A stretch of DNA of 64,000 nucleotides from Antechinus flavipes (taxonomy: Eukaryota). Shown piece after piece: positions 58,811-64,000 of the stretch. A model generated the notes under the pieces. That model was not told the origin of the DNA, did not search any database, and was given only the letters and a program-made list of their open reading frames with translations. Each line of letters begins with the position of its first letter. Position 1 is the first letter of the stretch. The stretch spans positions 370,388,001-370,452,000 of the forward strand of contig NC_067398.1 in assembly GCF_016432865.1 (NCBI RefSeq), read 5' to 3'. Both the position numbers and the translations under genes were made by a program.

Positions 58811-60288
58811 CTAAAAGAGACACAGAAACATAATTATATAAAATAAGGCACTGCAGAGGGTCCTGAAGAAGGCAATCCTGTCTATCTCATGACTTAATAA
58901 TTAACTGGCCAAAGTGCTTTCTACTAATAACTGAATCTGCCAAAGGGCTCCACAATTTAGGCCATTCTAATTGGCTATTTCTCTTAAATGTTCCATTCCC
59001 AGACTCTAATAGTAGAGAAGAAGAGCAGGTTTGACAACATTTATTGAATTTTCTAACCAAATGACCATATGACTAAGCTGCTACTGACTCGGTTGCTTTC
59101 TCTAGCTATGGTATCAACATCTTAATTTATGGGGATATTTCATTTTCTAAAATATATTGAGGAGATGTGGAAGGATTTTCATTATTCCCTTATGCCATGA
59201 GTTCCCTTTTTTTTTTTCTTATAAGATCTAGACTGACTTTTTCTTAAGTTTCATGATCACTCAAAGTGACATGGGAGGCACTTTATCTTAAATTCCTGAT
59301 CCAGGGAGAGGGTTATGACAGCTCTTAGAGAATGGTAAAGTTTAGGGATTCACTAGCAATTTAACATTAACTGACAAATGATTTAGGTTTTAGGTCATTT
59401 CAGCCAATTGCAAACTAAATGAGTAAAGGGGAAGAGAAAAATTAGTCGTAAGAGACACTATGCAATAAGACATCATTTACCTTGTCTATTTGGTGATAAC
59501 CTGATGTTGCAACATTATATTCATGTTAATTTTTAGAAACAAAACAAACCAAACCAACCAGTACAATGGAAGAGTGTTGAGCCTGGTTCTCTAACTGATG
59601 AGTTTGACCCTTGGGTTCTGTATATCTGTGCAAGATAGGGAAGCATAAACTCAAATGTCATAGAAAAGTTACGTTCTTTCAGCTGGGGAGGTCATTAGGA
59701 AGCCACTTCTTTGTTATCTATTGAATATCCTGCAGATGACCAGCTCTGTGGGAAAGTGGACATTTGATTGTATTGTTGAACTATAAACCTGGGACCTGGA
59801 ACTCCAACAAAACCACTGACGATCAGGATTGATAATTGCTTCCAGAGGGGCTTCCTCTTCTCAACTGAGATAGATAGACTATGTACCATGACTCATCCAC
59901 GCACTTAAGGTCAAAGGTTGAACATACTATGATATCAGTACTGGCGCCCATTATTTCAGATAAATGGGAAAACCTCTTAACCTGAACCAAGTGTGATACA
60001 AGGTAAGAAATCAAAGATAAACCTGACTTGGGACTCTCACTCTCATATTGAAATTCTGCAGTGTTATCGTTCTCTCAGAAGACCCAATAGAATACACAAT
60101 ACACAGTAAGGTCATTTCAGCCCTAGGTGAACTATTGGGATTATTCAAGCTCTAAACTTCCATTTTCCTGAATTTTCTTGTTAATATAAATGCACTTTAA
60201 TTGTAAAGGTATCATTTTTTTCACTTAATCTGTGGGCTTTCTTTGACATAGATTTGCATCAAAGTTTCAAGAAGTCAACTTCAATGGT

Positions 60289-60327
60289 ATATGTATGTGT
60301 GTATATATATGTATATGTATTTATATG

Positions 60328-60368
<41 letters not shown>
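60289..60368. repeat. (TA)n(TG)n compound microsatellite
   Basis: atatgtatgtgtatatatat...gtgtgtgtgt. Confidence 1.
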
Positions 60369-60370
<2 letters not shown>

Positions 60371-62429
60371 TTGGGATGTGCGTATACAAAGACAAGCAAT
60401 TCTTGGACTTTACTTCAATAATGTTACCCTTCCTTCTCCATATCTTGCTCTTGAATCTCTAATTGAATGCATCTGTGACATCTATGAAATAAGTTAAAAT
60501 AGTGAAAAATGCTTTCTTTTTTCTTTTTAATCTAGCTATTATAAGATACAGGATTACAGTAACTAATAATGAACTGGCCTTAGATAGAAGAATATATGGA
60601 TTCAAATCCTTCCTTTTATGTACATGGAATTTGTAATCATGGGGAAATTACCTATTTTTGTGATCTTGGGCAAGGCACTTAATTCTGATTAAAGTCTAAT
60701 TTCTATATCTTTAAAATTAAGGAGTGGGACTAAATGTCCTTTGAGGTCTCCTCAAACTCTAAATCTATGATTTTATAAATCTTTCAATGTTCTCAGCCAC
60801 TTTCTAAGACTATAGTTTAAATATGAATTGCTAACCTGCAAAGTTGGAGAGAGTTTCTACATGGGATTTTCCTAGACTAATTGACTTTACAAGTCAAGGC
60901 TGATCAATCAATTAATGTCTCATATAATAAAATAATAATAATAATAATAACAATAAATAATGGAAACCCAAACCCAATACTGCATTCCTTTAAAACACAT
61001 AAAAATTAACAGAGTGAACTAGTCTGGTGATATATAGATATGTTTGAGAGTATAACAAATAAGGCAAGTAAGGACTGCATAATTTGAGGAAAAGCAGGTG
61101 GCTTGTGAGTGATCACAATTATTTTCCCTCCCTCTCACCCCCAGATGCTGTGAATGAATGTATATGTTTTTTATTTTCCTTAGATTTCTCCTCCCCAGAT
61201 CTAGCTGCAAACAATTAAATTTTTCAACAATATTACTGTGCCTTATTGTGAGTAGTCACATTAAGGAATGCTCTTCCCTGGACACACTGGATTTTCAGAG
61301 ATTTCTGTTTAGGATGATTCTACTTTATTACCTTTCCCCCCCTCTCAGCTGAGGAAATATAGGCTGATAAATGCAATGATCACATGTTCAGGAAGGTCAG
61401 TGAAATGAGTCTTCCAAGCTTTCTTCCTCACCACCAAGCCCTGCTTTCTTTTATCAACATTAGTATAATATAGTGGCTATATATGTTTTCATAAAATTGA
61501 CCAGGGCCATAAATAATATTTGCTTCTCAGTAGAAATGGGTACCTTGATACTTTTCCTTCTTATAAACAGAACTTTATAAAGCTATCTGTGGGAAACTTT
61601 CAAAACTCTTCCTGGCTTATCGTAGGCTGCATTCATCTTACTTTCATAAATGATGACAAATCAGCTAAAAAATTTCCCAAATGCTTCAACGAAAAAAAAT
61701 CAAATGATTATTTTTTTTTTCTCTTTTTGGCTTTTCTGCTTCAGATGTGGGGAATGTGCCATGAACCTTGACTGTCGACTTTTCATTTCTGATTTGTTTT
61801 CATTAACATTTAACTCCATTGTTCCATTCTTGTCTGATTCTATTTTGCCCTATGCTTTCTGCTTGAATTCAAGCTGTTTGTCAAATGTGATAATGGGCAG
61901 GAAGGCACAGCATGAACAGTTAGCCTCCTTGTCTTTGGGCATTCTTCCTGGGTTGTAATTTCCCTGATATTAATGCAACTATACATTTGACTTACAAATT
62001 CCAAAGCCCTTCAGAAAGGGCAGTGTGATTGCTTGTGTAAACACAGGAATTCTTTCTTTTTATTTTGTGGTTCCAGTCATCTTCATTTTATGGGCTCAGG
62101 CTTATTCTGAATAAGCAGATTTAGAAAATCTAACTGCCTTATTCCTAAGAAGAAGTTATTTGACATTCTATTACTGGCCTCTGCTATGGAACTCAGGGAG
62201 TCTAGTAAGAAGCCTAGACAGTGCCTAACAGGCTTCCCAGGCAAGAACTATGTCACTTTGTCTTTCCTCTATCATCTCCCATTAACTATTTATATCACCT
62301 CTCTGCTATCATTGTATGATGTCCATCTCCAATTTTCCTTTTTCAACTTTTTTCAAATACAAAGAATTACTCAAAATTAAAAAAAAATTGTAACAAAGTA
62401 AGAGGGGAAGGGGAAGCCAGTGAAAAAAT

Positions 62430-62655
62430 TGAGAGCTAGTGTTCATGATTCCTGGGCTCTAACTGTACATCTGTAGCTAACACCCTCTTTGGCCTTGTGC
62501 AGGTCACTCCAATCCTCCAAGTCTTTGCTTTCCCATCTGTTAAAAAGTGGATAATAATATTTGCCTCACCAGGGTGTATTTATGCTTAATTACTGTAATT
62601 GCTTGTAAACAATTTGATATCCCGGGATAAAACATATGACAGAGGAGCAAAATTA
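62430..62655 (+). mobile_element. ancient MIR (MIR1_Amn-like) SINE
   Basis: CORE ctttgctttcccatctgttaaaaagtggataataatatttgcctcaccaggg plus tail gcttgtaaacaatttgatatcccgggataaaacatatgacagagg. Confidence 0.45.
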
Positions 62656-62939
62656 GAGGAGACATTTTAATATCTACCTTTTTTTATGACACAACTGACT
62701 TTTCTGAGTTCATTTGAATTGATTTGGTTTGAAAAGTTTTCCTGCTAGTTTGGAAAATAAAAAAATAAAAAAATAAAAAAATAAAAAGCTAAAGGTAGAA
62801 GGCCAGATGACTTAATTTCATTTCTAGTATACCAACTTGTATGGCTATCAACATGTCAACATAGCTCTCTAGACCACAATTTTCTTATTTGTCAAAAGGT
62901 AATGGAACTAAAATTTCTTCCTACTTGATAAGACAATAA

Positions 62940-63150
62940 TAATCATCAACTAATTTAATAGAAAATGCAATTTTGGTTAATGTTTTGGTTAGTTTTTAAA
63001 ACTTTTTTCCTTTTGTTTTTAATTTTTGTTTTTGCATTAACTCTCTAGGAGGGAGAGAGGAAAGGAAATGGAAATAAAAATAGGGAAATTCAAATGAAGT
63101 AAAATAAAATATAATTTACAAAACTAAAAAGAAGAAATTAAGAAAAAGGA
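62940..63150 (+). mobile_element. old L1 3'UTR terminus
   Basis: ttttccttttgtttttaatttttg...aggagggagagaggaaagg...aaatgaagtaaaataaaat plus A-rich tail. Confidence 0.4.
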
Positions 63151-64000
63151 AAAGTATCTTGCAAAGTTAAAAGTGCTAAATTACATCCTGTTTCTGCTTG
63201 TCAATCTGATGGAAAAATTTATAGAATGCTTTCCCTGAAAGAGCAAATAGGACATTTGGAAAACTACAAATTTTTCTACAAATAGATTCTTCCATAGACC
63301 AGATAACTATTTCATTGGGAAAAGAACTTCCTCACACACCCTAGGAATTAATGAGTAATTATTCTTCACTTTCCACAGTCTACTTTGACTAAAGTTCATA
63401 CATAAGGTTGGTGTCAGTGCTATTTACTTTGTAGAACAAAGATAATCCTTTTTAGAGGTATTTTTTCTCATCAAACCAATTCCCCAACCCACAAGACTAG
63501 CTTCTAGATAGTAAGCAACATGATCTTTTTGAGAGGTCTTGAGAAGAACCCCACACTTCCTAAATATTCCCTTTATGTTGAAACCTGAAGTTCTACACAT
63601 AGAGATTTATGGCTTTTGATTAAACGATTATGTGACCTGAGAGTTCATATTCAAATGAAAATTCTCTTTCATTGATAACAATTAATATATAAGTGGAAAT
63701 GTACTTATTAGATTTACTTAACTTGACCTTTACATATTAGAATGCGACAGACAAGTTTTGAATAAAGAAGAAATATTTGAAGCACTGTAGCAAATCTGTT
63801 ATGAATGCTATGGGGAAGACTGCAGAAAACACTAGGATTTTAGATTATGAAACAAACACAATTAAAATGTTACAGAAACACAACACAAGAGATCTCAAAA
63901 GAAACTCCTTTATAACAACCCTGAAATATGGTCATTCAGCCTTCATTTGACTACATCTAGTGAGGGAAACTTTTTTTTTGGAGAAATCTAATTTTAGAGA

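Noticed and set aside
1-64000. CRISPR arrays, tRNA/rRNA genes, operon-like or prokaryotic systems
   Set aside because: None seen; the sequence is mammalian. tRNA-like segments are decayed SINE heads and no regularly spaced repeat-spacer array exists.

Overview
AT-rich, repeat-dense mammalian genomic DNA with five assembly gaps. It is almost certainly marsupial: it carries WSINE1, MAR1, a 7SL-derived P7SL-like SINE and HAL1-like elements. A dasyurid such as Sarcophilus is my inference only. No ORF in the six-frame track encodes a host protein I can recognise; the long ORFs are L1 ORF2/ORF1 pieces, L3/CR1 pieces, microsatellites or N-gap artefacts. About half the window is retroposon fossil: a 4.1-kb 5'-truncated young L1, several ORF1-only HAL1-like elements, L1 3' ends, L2, L3/CR1, MIR/MAR1/WSINE1 SINEs and MER58-like MITEs. 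L1-family elements lie mostly on the minus strand, which suggests the window is intronic to a plus-strand transcript. Tiny plus-strand exon candidates (18, 37, 29 and 12 nt) fit that. The most notable unannotated observations: (1) a mitochondrial ND6 fragment (NUMT), open in the mitochondrial code, followed by a (GAA)27 tail and flanked by a perfect 11-bp target-site duplication inside a MAR1 SINE, i.e. built like a retroposed RNA; (2) a decayed Gypsy-type gag N-terminus with a possible upstream LTR; (3) an 18-nt microexon candidate with consensus splice sites and an upstream UGC motif; (4) an old ~300-bp duplicated unit whose second copy was split by a HAL1, which itself hosts a younger L1; (5) several short local templated duplications.
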